Source: an uncultured Clostridia bacterium (GTDB lineage: Bacteria > Bacillota > Clostridia > Christensenellales > UBA1242). From it: a stretch of DNA of 58,769 bases. The translations under genes were made by a program, and so were the position numbers. The stretch covers positions 1 through 58,769 of the forward strand of contig CAMVKM010000001.1 in the NCBI GenBank assembly GCA_947168085.1. Reading direction: 5' to 3'. The stretch's first letter is position 1; each line of letters starts with the position of its first letter. The notes beneath the pieces were generated by a model. It saw only the letters and a program-made list of their open reading frames with translations, was not told where the DNA came from and searched no databases. Shown here piece after piece: positions 46,282 through 56,900 of this stretch.

Positions 46282-48021
46282 TTATTTTTCCTTGTAATAA
46301 ATTTTTATTCTTCTAATTAAAAACATTATTCTAACAACGGCAAACAAAAGGCCAATGAAAAATATTTTTACAAAAGTTGTTTGAATGTTTTCGCCCATAA
46401 AAAAGTAAGCCACAAAAGTAAAAAGCACCGACACAACAAAGCCTAAAATGATTGACTTTGATTCGTTTGGATTTTTTAATTGTTTTCCTGATGTTTGATA
46501 AAGCCTGTTTTGTGGATTCATAAGGTCAAATTCAAGGCTCCAACAAGCATGGGCAATATACACAAAAAACATTGCAAAAAACAAAAGTGTTGCCTGACCT
46601 GCCGTGATGCCTGCATAGGCTCTTAAAATTAATGCACACGCCAAAATACTAATCGAAAAAACGCAAATTTGAAAAATTGGTTTTGCAAGCAAAATTTTTG
46701 CTGGATTGGTTGGCATTGTTTTAGTTAAATAACCCGAATTGCCTTCTTTGCTAAACAAACTTGCAAAGTTTGACGAACTGGACAGCATTAAAAGCATTAT
46801 GATTAAAATGTTAAACACAAGTGCCATAATTTGCCCTGAAAGCCTTTTGTCCATTGACGCAAAAATTTGGTTTTGAAGGAGTATTAAAATTGGAGTTATT
46901 ACAGCCATGGCCAAAATTCCATAAAACAAATTTGATGTTCTAAAAATTTGTTTTGTTTCTCCCCAAGCAACCGACACAAATGTTGGTTTTTTTCTGTTTT
47001 TCTTGTTTTTTATGTTAACTTTTCTTTTATATTCAAATGGTGTGCTTGCCATTTTTAAAAACAAAGGTTTTGCCAAAAGATTAATTAAAACTAAACACAA
47101 CACAATTGTTCCAACCAGCACAGCAAAAACAACAAAGTTTTGCAAATTTATTGGAATGAAATTTGAGTTTGAGTAAGATGTTCCAACCATAAACTGAATC
47201 AAAAAGTCAAAAGGAGCAAAAATTGAAGCAAATGCCGCCAAAAAGTCTTGAATGTTCCAGAAAATTTGTCCCCAATCTCTAACAAGATCGATGTCCGTTG
47301 GTATTGCCAAAATAAGTTTCACAACCCCGTAGGCAACTGCAGCAATCATTGCCGCCAGCACAACAAATTCAAGCCCCCTGTGTTGTTTGAACGCAATTGA
47401 AACAAACATGGATGGAATAGACAGAAATCCACTTAAAACCACCATAAAAAGTGTTATGAAAGCAACAATAAACACAATCCACAAAAAGTAAACAAATGGT
47501 AGACCCATAATAAGCCCATAGGCAATCATCATCGGAAGCATAAACGAACAGTTTTTAATAAGTTCGTAAACATAGCACACAACCATTTTAGACAAAAATA
47601 TTGTGCTGTTTTTAACGGGCATTGTTAAAAGAACTGGGTTGTCTTTTGAAAAGTAAAGTGTTGATGTTACATTTGTTAAACAAGACACAAACGAAAGTAG
47701 CAGCATCAGTGTCATCAAAATTAAAAACACTCTAAAGTTAAAAACTTGAATAAATGAAAAGATACAAAACTTAACAGCCAGCAAAAACAAAACATAAATT
47801 ACTGCAGTAACAGCCACAACGCCCACAATTATCCAAATAATTTTAAAAATTGTTTTCTTTTTTCTGGTTTTAAAAGACAAATCCATCTTGTCTTTAAGTT
47901 GCATACAAACAAGCGGATACAACTGAGTTTTTAGAAAAATCCAAAGCTTTAAAAAGAAGTTTTTAAAACCCTTACTCATTTTAACAAAAAACCCATTCTT
48001 TGTTTTTTGTTGTTCCATCAC
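46282..48021 (-). CDS. polytopic ABC-exporter-type permease (579 aa)
   Basis: About 12 hydrophobic segments and no soluble domain. The start (GTG 48021 or ATG 48018) overlaps the TGA of the upstream ABC ATPase gene. Confidence 0.8.
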   Translation of the reverse strand: MMEQQKTKNGFFVKMSKGFKNFFLKLWIFLKTQLYPLVCMQLKDKMDLSFKTRKKKTIFKIIWIIVGVVAVTAVIYVLFLLAVKFCIFSFIQVFNFRVFLILMTLMLLLSFVSCLTNVTSTLYFSKDNPVLLTMPVKNSTIFLSKMVVCYVYELIKNCSFMLPMMIAYGLIMGLPFVYFLWIVFIVAFITLFMVVLSGFLSIPSMFVSIAFKQHRGLEFVVLAAMIAAVAYGVVKLILAIPTDIDLVRDWGQIFWNIQDFLAAFASIFAPFDFLIQFMVGTSYSNSNFIPINLQNFVVFAVLVGTIVLCLVLINLLAKPLFLKMASTPFEYKRKVNIKNKKNRKKPTFVSVAWGETKQIFRTSNLFYGILAMAVITPILILLQNQIFASMDKRLSGQIMALVFNILIIMLLMLSSSSNFASLFSKEGNSGYLTKTMPTNPAKILLAKPIFQICVFSISILACALILRAYAGITAGQATLLFFAMFFVYIAHACWSLEFDLMNPQNRLYQTSGKQLKNPNESKSIILGFVVSVLFTFVAYFFMGENIQTTFVKIFFIGLLFAVVRIMFLIRRIKIYYKEK

Positions 48022-50483
48022 TCACGCCCCTTTTTGTTTTTTGTTTGTTTTGTTTTTTTGTTTTTAGGAGCTGATTTTTCTGTTTTTACAACTTCTGCAT
48101 CATTGTTTTTGTCGTCGTTACCCTCAGAATCCACTTCATTTTGTGTTACATCTGCTTGTTCAATCGTTTGCATATAAAAATCTTCAAGCGACTTTCCAGA
48201 TTCTTCAATTTCTTTAACACTTGTTGTAAGCAAAATGTTTCCCTTTTTGATGATTGCAATGCGGTCACAAATGCGTTCAACAACATCAATAATGTGACTT
48301 GAAAAGAACACAATGTTTCCATTTTTCGCATGTTGTTTCATTGTTTCTTTTACTTGAAAAATGCTGTTTGGGTCAAGCCCAGTTAAGGGTTCATCCAAAA
48401 TCCAAACTTTTGGATTGTGCACAAGTGCAGCCATAATTGCAATTTTTTGTTTCATTCCATGAGAATATGTTTTTATTTGATTGTCAAAAGCACCCACAAG
48501 TTCAAATTTTTCAACCAAATCATCAATCACTTTTGTTCTGTCTTGCTTTGAAACGCCATAAAGGTCGGCAATGTAGTTAATGTATTCTCTGCCAGTAAGT
48601 TTTTCATACAAAGCATAGTGGTCTGGAACAAATCCAATTTGCCTTTTTGCTTCAACACTTTGAGTTTTTGTGTCAAATCCACAAACTTCAATTTTTCCGC
48701 TTGTGTGAGGTTGAATTCCAACAATACTTTTTATGATTGTCGATTTTCCTGCACCGTTTGGGCCCAAAAATCCAAAAATTTCACCACCATGCACTTCAAG
48801 GTTTGCATCTTTTACTGCAAACACTTTGCTTGAACCATAGCGTTTGGACATGTTTTCCAAAATAAGTTTGTTTTTATTTTCTGGTGTCATAGGTTCTTTT
48901 TTACTCCTTCCATTAAGTTTTTCAGTTAAGGCAAGTTCATCTTGTTTTATAATTTGTGTGCGTTTTTTCATGTCTGCCCAGCCATCTGTTATTGCATAAG
49001 CTTGTTCATACAAAAACCAAACACCAAGCCCAAGCAACACATAAACCAAGAAAAACAGCACTTGATAAACAGGATAAAACGTCAGCGTTACTCCACTTAT
49101 GGTAAAACTAAATGTTATGTCTCTAAGCCTTTCAGCCCACGTTCCAAGTTTGTCAGCAACAAAATCACTGTTGATAAAGAAAAAGTCGGTTGATCTGCTT
49201 ACAAGTCCAGCATTATAAAGCCCCGTAAACAGCGCGTTTAAAATTAACACTAAAACAAAGTAACCTAAAAATCCCAGCATTGAGTAAACAAATTGTTTGA
49301 GTTTTGGTTTGCCAAACATTTGAAGTGACACAAACAAAATTGGCATAAAAAACGCAATGTAGTGATTGATGTAAAACATAACAAGGCTAGATTCAAAAAT
49401 GTTGTAACCATCACCATAGTTTGGCATAATCATTGCCAAAAAGGCCCCCAAAACATTGATGAAATATGTGAAGTAGAAAAACCTTTTCATGTTAAATATA
49501 AGCACAAGCGGCATGATGTACATTGCAGTGTTACACAGATGAAGTGGCCACAAAGTTGGATCCATAAAAGTGTCGATTCGTCTTGTTGTTGAAAATGAAA
49601 TCAATGTTCCAAGACAGATAAAAAGCAGCATAAACTTTCGTTCAAAAAAGTTTTTGTTTCTTAAAGCATAGTGTAGTGCCACTGGAATTAGCAAAGCAAG
49701 ATAAAGAATCATTCGGTGTGTGATTGTAAAGTTTTTTGCTTTGTAAATTTGATGTGATTCCCCAAAAAGCCCCTGAAAAAAATATGGTGGCATGGTTGAG
49801 AGAAAAATTGCAATCACCGCAAAAATTTCAAACCAATAGTTTTTAAAGAATTTTCCAATCAAAACAAAAATTTGCTTAATGTAAAACCATGTTGCACCCC
49901 AAAATGATTTTTGTCCAACATATTTTTTCCAAAGTTTTGGTTTGTCTTGTTTTTGTTTGTTTTTTGAAAACAAGTTTTTCCAATCGGTTGTTGTGATTAA
50001 AACAAACAAACTGTAGCCCAAAGCAAAACCAATTTCTAGTGCAAACAAAATTCCTTTTGCGTGCAACACATTGGCCATGCCCTCGCCCAAAATTGCGTCT
50101 AAACCAAGCCACAAACAAGCAGTGTTAAAAATTGCAGCCGGAAGACTAATGAATTTTGCATAATTTTTAAGTCTTTTTAAATCAAAAAATCCATAAAGCA
50201 TTAAAACAATTGCGCCGGCAAGGCCCGTCCACATCAAAAGAAGCATCAAAACATAGGAAGCATTTGTGCCTTGACTCACAAGATTTTGAACATAGTCTTC
50301 TGAAAACATAAATCTAACAGCAAACAGTGCTGCCATTATTAACGACAATGTTTTTGTAAGGCTCCATTTTTTTTGTTGTCCATTTTCAATGTTTTTTGAC
50401 TTTGATTTTTTAAAAATCAAAAAACTTACCCCAAAAGTAAGCAAACAAGAAAGAGCCAAAAAAACATAGTACAAATAAAGCAT
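48018..50483 (-). CDS. fusion protein: ~500-aa polytopic membrane domain (YwaF/TMEM164-like, PLHLC motif) + ABC ATPase domain + Lys-rich tail
   Basis: GGGAG RBS. Walker A GPNGAGKST (48738-48764), signature YSHGMKQK, Walker B VWILDEP. W-P-L-H-L-C-N at 49533-49547 within the N-terminal TM-rich 500 aa. Confidence 0.9.
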   Translation of the reverse strand: MLYLYYVFLALSCLLTFGVSFLIFKKSKSKNIENGQQKKWSLTKTLSLIMAALFAVRFMFSEDYVQNLVSQGTNASYVLMLLLMWTGLAGAIVLMLYGFFDLKRLKNYAKFISLPAAIFNTACLWLGLDAILGEGMANVLHAKGILFALEIGFALGYSLFVLITTTDWKNLFSKNKQKQDKPKLWKKYVGQKSFWGATWFYIKQIFVLIGKFFKNYWFEIFAVIAIFLSTMPPYFFQGLFGESHQIYKAKNFTITHRMILYLALLIPVALHYALRNKNFFERKFMLLFICLGTLISFSTTRRIDTFMDPTLWPLHLCNTAMYIMPLVLIFNMKRFFYFTYFINVLGAFLAMIMPNYGDGYNIFESSLVMFYINHYIAFFMPILFVSLQMFGKPKLKQFVYSMLGFLGYFVLVLILNALFTGLYNAGLVSRSTDFFFINSDFVADKLGTWAERLRDITFSFTISGVTLTFYPVYQVLFFLVYVLLGLGVWFLYEQAYAITDGWADMKKRTQIIKQDELALTEKLNGRSKKEPMTPENKNKLILENMSKRYGSSKVFAVKDANLEVHGGEIFGFLGPNGAGKSTIIKSIVGIQPHTSGKIEVCGFDTKTQSVEAKRQIGFVPDHYALYEKLTGREYINYIADLYGVSKQDRTKVIDDLVEKFELVGAFDNQIKTYSHGMKQKIAIMAALVHNPKVWILDEPLTGLDPNSIFQVKETMKQHAKNGNIVFFSSHIIDVVERICDRIAIIKKGNILLTTSVKEIEESGKSLEDFYMQTIEQADVTQNEVDSEGNDDKNNDAEVVKTEKSAPKNKKTKQTKNKKGRE

Positions 50484-50514
50484 ATCAAACTCCCATGAAA
50501 AACACTTTGTTTAC

Positions 50515-50543
50515 ATTTTACCCTATTTTTTTAAAAAAAGCAA
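50515..50543 (-). promoter_or_regulatory. candidate promoter of the ABC operon
   Basis: On the minus strand: TTGCTT (50543-50538), 17-nt spacer, TAAAAT (50520-50515) preceded by TAGGG. This is the same TAGGGTAAAA element seen twice in the giant-gene leader. Confidence 0.45.
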
Positions 50544-50715
50544 ACATTTTAACTAACAATACCCAAAAAACAATATCAAAATTTAAAAAAACAGCACAAT
50601 TTTAAAGAAAATAAATTATTTTTTTAAAAAAATTTGTTTTTTTGGTGTTATTTTTTAATTTTTTTCAATTTTTTCACTTAAATTTTTACAAATAACAAAT
50701 TTGTTTTTCATAAAC

Positions 50716-50744
50716 TTGTTTTTTAAAAATGTTTGTGTTATAAT
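50716..50744 (+). promoter_or_regulatory. sigma-A-type promoter with extended -10 for the M16 peptidase gene
   Basis: TTGTTT 50716-50721, 17-nt spacer, TGtTATAAT (-10 at 50739-50744). AAGGAG at 50757-50762. Confidence 0.55.
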
Positions 50745-50770
50745 AAAAAACAAATTAAGGAGAAAAACTT

Positions 50771-52063
50771 ATGAGAAAAATAGTTTACTGTGACGGTGTA
50801 AAAATTTTGTATAACAAAAACAAATTAAACAAAGGAACTTACTGTGAGTTTGGAATTAACACTGGCTCCTACTGTGATGACATTTGGGGGCAAGCGCACT
50901 ACATGGAACATTTGTTTTTTAGTGAAACACCAACATTAAGTCATGAAACAATTCAAAGATACTCTGAAATTCATCATCTTAATGCTTTCACAAGTTTCAA
51001 TAATGTAAGAATTAGTTTTGACCAAAGTTCTTCACAAATTGAAGAGTGTTTTAAAATTTGTTCAGACATGATGTTTAACTCAATCATAAATGAAAAGTTT
51101 TTGGAAAAAGAGCGAAACATTATTCACAACGAAATCAGTCAAAGACTTTCAAGAAACAAAAAAACAATTTTAGAACTCTCTTTTAGTGAAAAGCTTTATC
51201 AAAGCCCACAGTTTGGAACAATTGCTTGTGGCACACATGAATCACTAGACAAAATAACAGTTAAAGATTTGCAAGAATTTAGAGAAAAATGGTTTTGCAA
51301 AGAAAATTTTTCAGTGCTTATTTCAACCAACAAAAGTTTGCGAGCGGTAAAAAAACTCGTTAAAAAATATATCACAAAAAACCTAAAATCAAACAAAAAC
51401 TTTGAAGAAAAAACAACAAGAAACATTGTTTTAAAAGCACCAAACTTTTTAGATGTTATAAAAAAAGAAACAGAAACAAACAGTTCTTTAAAAATTTGTT
51501 TTGTAAATCAAGAAAAACCACAAAACCCAACAGAAAAATTAAAATTCAATCAACTTCAAAATTACGCATCAACAATGCTTTTTAGGCATCTTTTTAGAAA
51601 TGTTAGAGAAAAAAAATCCTATATTTACAGCATAAGCAAAACTTCAGTAAACACAAAATTTCAAAAAATTTTTGGCGTGAGTTTTGATGTTGAAAACAAA
51701 GACATAATTGCATGCATCAAAGAAATTGCAAACACAATAAAAGATTTGCTTGAAACTGGTTTTTCGCAAAAAGAATTTGATGATTATGTGAAAGAAGAAA
51801 AACTAATAGAAGACCTTACAGTTCCACACCCAGGAAAAGCCCTTGAAACAATGGATGACCAAGCAACAGTTTATGGATTTTTTTGGAAGCAAAAACAAGT
51901 AGACAAACTTTTCTTTTCACACACACTTGAAGAACTCAACAACTTTTTCCGCAAAAATTTTGTTTCTAACTGCATGTATGTTTCCATTTTAACCAATGCA
52001 GACAAAAAAGAAATTCCAACATTAAAACAAATTGAAAAAATTTTTGAAACAAAAAAAGACTGA
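50771..52063 (+). CDS. M16 (pitrilysin/insulinase) family zinc metallopeptidase
   Basis: Inverted zinc motif H-Y-M-E-H at 50897-50911, a downstream LEKERNIIHNE glutamate motif, and ~430 aa length typical of M16B. Confidence 0.85.
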   Translation: MRKIVYCDGVKILYNKNKLNKGTYCEFGINTGSYCDDIWGQAHYMEHLFFSETPTLSHETIQRYSEIHHLNAFTSFNNVRISFDQSSSQIEECFKICSDMMFNSIINEKFLEKERNIIHNEISQRLSRNKKTILELSFSEKLYQSPQFGTIACGTHESLDKITVKDLQEFREKWFCKENFSVLISTNKSLRAVKKLVKKYITKNLKSNKNFEEKTTRNIVLKAPNFLDVIKKETETNSSLKICFVNQEKPQNPTEKLKFNQLQNYASTMLFRHLFRNVREKKSYIYSISKTSVNTKFQKIFGVSFDVENKDIIACIKEIANTIKDLLETGFSQKEFDDYVKEEKLIEDLTVPHPGKALETMDDQATVYGFFWKQKQVDKLFFSHTLEELNNFFRKNFVSNCMYVSILTNADKKEIPTLKQIEKIFETKKD

Positions 52064-52081
52064 TTTTTTCAGTCTTTTTTT
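52051..52081. terminator. bidirectional rho-independent terminator
   Basis: A7, stem GACTGA 52058-52063 / TCAGTC 52069-52074, loop TTTTT, T-run. It overlaps the TGA stop. Confidence 0.7.
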
Positions 52082-52086
52082 GTTTA

Positions 52087-53676
52087 TTAATCACCAAGAT
52101 CAATGTAAACAGCAACATTAACAATAATGTTTAAATTTTGTCCATTGATTGTTTGAGTAAATGTTCCTGTAACATGAGCAACTGGCTCGTCTGGATTAAA
52201 GCTTGGGTCATCTACATTTGCAGGAATAAAGTTTTCAAAGTTTTCATCTGTGATTTCAAGAACAAGTTTTTGCTCTGTTTCTGTGTTTTCATATGTTTGA
52301 TAAGATCCATTAACATAGTAAAGACCTAAAACAACACCATCATCAAGAGTCCAAACTCTTTCCCCTGTTTGAGCATCTGTTTCTGCAACAATGTAAACAT
52401 CTGTTATGATGTTTGCAGAAAGCACTGGGTTGTTTTCAGCATCCCAAACATAAGTCATAACTTTTGTGCTTTGTCCTTTGAATGTGATTGTAACTTCTTG
52501 GAAGCCAAGCACAGTTTTGTCAAAGCCAGTAATTTGAATTAATGGGTTAAGTTGTGGAACGTCAGTTGTGCTAACATTAAGTGGAATTTCGTTTGAGTCA
52601 TATTCCATCATTCCAAAACCAGATTGAACTGTTCTGTAAGTGATGTAACCATCAGCGTAGAATTCTGTTCCTTTTTCAATGTAAAGAACACTGTCTTCCA
52701 AATATTGTCCATAGCTAATGCTTGTTGGTTTGTTAAGTGGCATGTCATATTTGTCAGCATAAACATAAATTGAATATGTTTTTGTTACTTCTTCATCTTT
52801 TGCATTTTCAAATGTAAGTGTAACAGTTTGAAGTCCAACTTCGCTTAAATCAAGTCCAACAATGTTTTTAAGCTCTGCTGCTGGAATATAAGAAGATTGT
52901 GATCCATCATCAGTCAAGAAAAGCATTCCAATTGCTGGTTTGTAAGCATAAGTTTCATCTTCCAAAAATTCTTCAACGCCTTCTGCTGTTGAAAGATCAA
53001 ATTGATCTGTTTGAAGCATTGCAAAATCACTTACATAATTTGGTTTTGGCGCTTCAATTCCAAACATTTTATACTCAATTGCTTCAGCGGCAAATTGAGC
53101 TTCAACCAATTCTTTTTCTGTGTAAGTTTTGATTGTGTCGTTTGCTTTAAATGGTTTTGCTGCTGTTTGAAGAAGAATTGGATTATCATCCATCATTCCA
53201 AACAAAACTGCTCCATTAAATTTTTTGATTTCCATCATTCCAAAAGCAAGATATTGATTGTAAATTGCCATTTCTGGGTTTGTTTTGTCCCAAGTTTCTG
53301 ATTTCACAAGTTTTCCATATTTGTAGGCTTGCTGAGAAAGTGAAAAGAATTGTCCTGTTTGAATGTTTCCATTTTTGTCAAACACAATGTTTCCAGTGAT
53401 TGTCATCACATTTCTTTCAGCTTTTCCAAGGTAATCTGTTGCATTAGTCATTTCAAAAAAGCCATTTGTGTAATACTTGAGTTCATAGCTTAATTCTGAA
53501 GAAACTTCATCATCATCATACTCTGCAAAACTTGCTGTGTAAACGTTTTCAAGAGTTCCTGGCTTGTCTGGTGCTTCGTTACAAGCGCTCATAAAAATTC
53601 CAACACTTGCCAAAAGCACAATGCTAAAAAATCCAACAAGCAAACTCTTTAAACTAAATGTTTTTGTTTTGTTCAT
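52087..53676 (-). CDS. lipoprotein of unknown function (529 aa from Met16)
   Basis: AAGGAG RBS before ATG 53676, and lipobox GIFMSAC-N. No family recognised. Confidence 0.8.
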   Translation of the reverse strand: MNKTKTFSLKSLLVGFFSIVLLASVGIFMSACNEAPDKPGTLENVYTASFAEYDDDEVSSELSYELKYYTNGFFEMTNATDYLGKAERNVMTITGNIVFDKNGNIQTGQFFSLSQQAYKYGKLVKSETWDKTNPEMAIYNQYLAFGMMEIKKFNGAVLFGMMDDNPILLQTAAKPFKANDTIKTYTEKELVEAQFAAEAIEYKMFGIEAPKPNYVSDFAMLQTDQFDLSTAEGVEEFLEDETYAYKPAIGMLFLTDDGSQSSYIPAAELKNIVGLDLSEVGLQTVTLTFENAKDEEVTKTYSIYVYADKYDMPLNKPTSISYGQYLEDSVLYIEKGTEFYADGYITYRTVQSGFGMMEYDSNEIPLNVSTTDVPQLNPLIQITGFDKTVLGFQEVTITFKGQSTKVMTYVWDAENNPVLSANIITDVYIVAETDAQTGERVWTLDDGVVLGLYYVNGSYQTYENTETEQKLVLEITDENFENFIPANVDDPSFNPDEPVAHVTGTFTQTINGQNLNIIVNVAVYIDLGD

Positions 53677-53745
53677 TTTTTTCTCCTTTACAAAATTTTT
53701 GTGATTTTTTTTAGTGTCCAAAAATTTAATGCTCTCACGATTATT

Positions 53746-53775
53746 ATTATATCACAAATCAAAATTTTTTGTCAT
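53746..53775 (-). promoter_or_regulatory. sigma-A-type promoter with extended -10 for the 529-aa lipoprotein gene
   Basis: On the minus strand: ATGACA (53775-53770), 18-nt spacer, TGaTATAAT (-10 at 53751-53746). Confidence 0.55.
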
Positions 53776-53900
53776 GTTTTTTACATAAGTTTTTTAAAAT
53801 TTTTTAAAAATTTTTTAAATACTTAAAAAGTTGAAAACTTTTTGCTCACACTCCACAAAAAATTGTTTTAAATTGATGTAAATTATTTAAAAGGAAAAAT

Positions 53901-53935
53901 AAAAAAAATTGCAGATTTTTTCTGCAATTTTTTGT
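53901..53935 (-). terminator. rho-independent terminator of the partial giant surface-protein gene
   Basis: A-run, stem TTGCAGA 53909-53915 / TCTGCAA 53921-53927, loop TTTTT, T-run. Confidence 0.65.
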
Positions 53936-53995
53936 TTTTAAAAAGTTTTCAAAATTAATAACAAGTGAGTAAGAGTAATTTTTTAAGCCAATAAA

Positions 53996-56900
53996 CTAGC
54001 TAGCAACTCTTCCAACAATTGTGTTGTTGATGTTTTGTCCTGATTTCGCAGAACTTGAAGTGTTATTTCCAGTTACAACAACACTAGCATCTGCAGTTGT
54101 TCCTGTTGTGTCAACTGTTTCCCAAGTGCAACCAATAACTTGGCCAGCATCTCTATCTGCATTAACTGTTGAATCTGTAGCTGAACAGTTTGTCACAAAT
54201 GAAGCTGAATAGATGTTTGTGTAATCACCAGAAATATATCCTATTAAAGCACCTGCTTTATCTCCACTTTCATCATCATTTGCAAACACACAACTAACGT
54301 CAACATTAATTACAGAACAGTTGTTAATTGTTGAGTGAGAAACAAATCCAGCAAGAGCTCCAACCCAATGATTACCAACAACTACTGCACCATCTATATT
54401 CAAATTTTGAATTACTCCACAAACCACTTGACCAAACAAGCCAACTCCAGCAGAGGCACCTTCATGCTCTCCTCCAAGAGTGAAGTTTGTAATTTTCAAG
54501 TTTGAAATTGTATGGTTTAAACCATCAAATGTTCCCATAAATTTAGGTCCTGTAATTCCTTGAGTTATGTTACCATTATCACATGTTCCATAACCAATTG
54601 GAACCCATTCCTGATTGTTTAGATTAATGTCTGCATCAAGTTTAACAACTTTTCCTTCAAAACTTGTTCCACCATTTACTGCATCTCTAATTGCTTCAAG
54701 TCCAGCAAGTGAGTTAATGTGCATTGTTGTTGCTGTGTCATAAGCGCTTGCAAGACTTGCTGCTGTGTTAACATAAGCAACAACTTCGTATTGCGTGTTG
54801 TTTGTTATGGTTGGAACTCCACCAGGATAATCTGCATCCAAATCCCAAACGATTTCATCACCTGCATTGATGTTAAGTGTTCTTTTTCCAATCTTTCCTG
54901 AAATTGTTCCTGTTGCATTAATTACAACATCTTCGCCAATTGTTGTGTTTCCGCTTCTTGCCAAAATTCCAATTCCGTCGGTAATGTTAAATGTTCCGCC
55001 GTTGATTATAATTGTGTCGTTGTTTGCAACACAAACACCACATGCAATATAGCCTGTTGATGTTATACTACCATTAAATGTTCCATCATTGATTGTAATT
55101 GTGTTTCCACCATAATCTGCACCACCACTTGTGCCAACAACAAAGTTGTCTGTTGACGCAAATGTTCCACCATTAATTATAACCTCTGAGTTTGTGTAAG
55201 GAACAATACAAGTTTCTACAGCTTCAATTTGTGCATTATTAACAACTAATGTTGCATCTTCAACCACCATAATTCCAGTTTTCCCTGCTGTTCTTTCAAT
55301 ATAATGCCCACCATTAAGTGTTACAGTTGCATATCTAATATAGAAAATGTTTCCAATTGAAGCATCAATTGTTCCATTTGCAATTACAACATCAATGCTG
55401 TTATTTTCTGTTCCATGAATCCAAAGAGCATCCTCTGAACATGTTGATGTAAATGTGTGTCCATTAAGGTCAAGAGTTAGTGAACGTGAAACATCCATTC
55501 CATCGGCTCCAGAAGTAATTGAAATGTCTGCGCCAAGTTGAACAATGTCAACACTTGTGTCTGCAAGTGCTGCAGTGAGTTCTGCTTCAGTTGTAACCAA
55601 AGCTGAATCCAAAACAAATGTTACATCAATGTATTCATAATATTGAACGCCGCCAGTCATTTCTGTTGGGATTGGGAATTTAATGTAAACACTTGCCTTT
55701 CCGTTTGCAACAGCAAGTTGCAAGTTTTGATTTTCAACAACAATTTTGTCTTGTCTTGCTGCTGTGCTATACATAAAGTCTTCAAATTGACTTGAAAAAT
55801 CTGTAAAGCTTGCAACATCACTTGTCACTGCTTCCATTCCGTTTGGAAGGTAGATTGTAAGTTTTACTAAGTCTCCAATTGCATATGGAAGTTCAGTTTC
55901 TTCTGTAGTAACAGTAAAGCTGTAGTTGTCTTTTGAGTCCACTTTTTCATAGTCATCTGCAAGTGTCATGGCAACTGCATTTGTTTCTTGTTCGCCTGTG
56001 CTGTAGGCCATGTCAAACACGTTTGCCAAAATGGCGAATGCCCCGCCAGTTACTGCGCCAACATAGTTTGTTGTTTCTGCAATTGTAATTTTAAACCAGT
56101 AGTTTGCAAACATGAGTTCGTTTCCTAGGTTAAATGCCCAAACATTAGCAAGTTCTTGTGGTGCAAGACTAACTGTTTGCCAGCCAAATCTTTGTTTAAC
56201 ATCTTCAGAAACGTCTGGGTCATTCATAAGAGCATCAACATCGGTGTAGGATGTTTGTGGATCTCCACCAAGATATTTTTCTGCAATTTGAATTGTTGCT
56301 TCGCTGTTTCCAACAGTTGCAAGATATTGAATTACAGCATTACTTTGCCATGCAAAGTTTGTTGTTCCGCTAATTTCAATGTTGTTTGTTGTTGCTTTTG
56401 TAATTGACCAGTTAAACACAACAGAGCTTTCGCCAGCCCATTCACAGTTGTTTGTGTTTGCAATTTCGTAGGTTAATTGGTAGGCTCCAACAGTTGTTGC
56501 TTGTTGATCACCAGTAACACTAAACCATGCTGGTTGTTGACCATAAAGATTAACTTCAGGTCCTTGTTCTTCACCTGTGTAAACAAAGCTTGTTTCTCCA
56601 CTGATTGTTGGTTTTGTAAGTGTTCGTTTTCCAATTGTCCACTGAGCTGTTTGATTTGTTGAAACTGGTGTTTCCAAATCCCAAGCATAGTTGTCTGTGT
56701 CAATCAAAGCAAAAATCATGTTAAATGTTCCAGCGTCTGTTGATGAAAGTATTGAACCTTCTGCAACTGTGCTCATTTTGTTAACATCAAAACCAGTCCA
56801 TTCTGGTGTTTGTTGTGTGCCATCATAGGTAAGTGCTTTGTTTTGAACAGGAACTGCAACTTTTGCAACTGCAATTGTCCAAGCATCTTCAATTGTTTTT

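Noticed and set aside
48018-48020. Alternative genetic code (TGA read as Trp, as in Mollicutes), considered because of the low G+C.
   Set aside because: TGA cleanly terminates the ABC fusion ORF at a translational-coupling junction. Trp is encoded by TGG throughout, for example WPLHLC at 49533-49547. All long ORFs are intact under the standard code.
50495-50605. A 36-aa plus-strand ORF (MKNTLFTFYPIFLKK...) in the ABC/M16 divergent region, considered as a possible RiPP precursor given the M16 and ABC genes.
   Set aside because: It has no SD, it overlaps the RBS and promoter of the minus-strand ABC gene, and it has no Cys/Ser/Thr-rich core. The window has no modifying enzyme such as a radical SAM or a cyclodehydratase.
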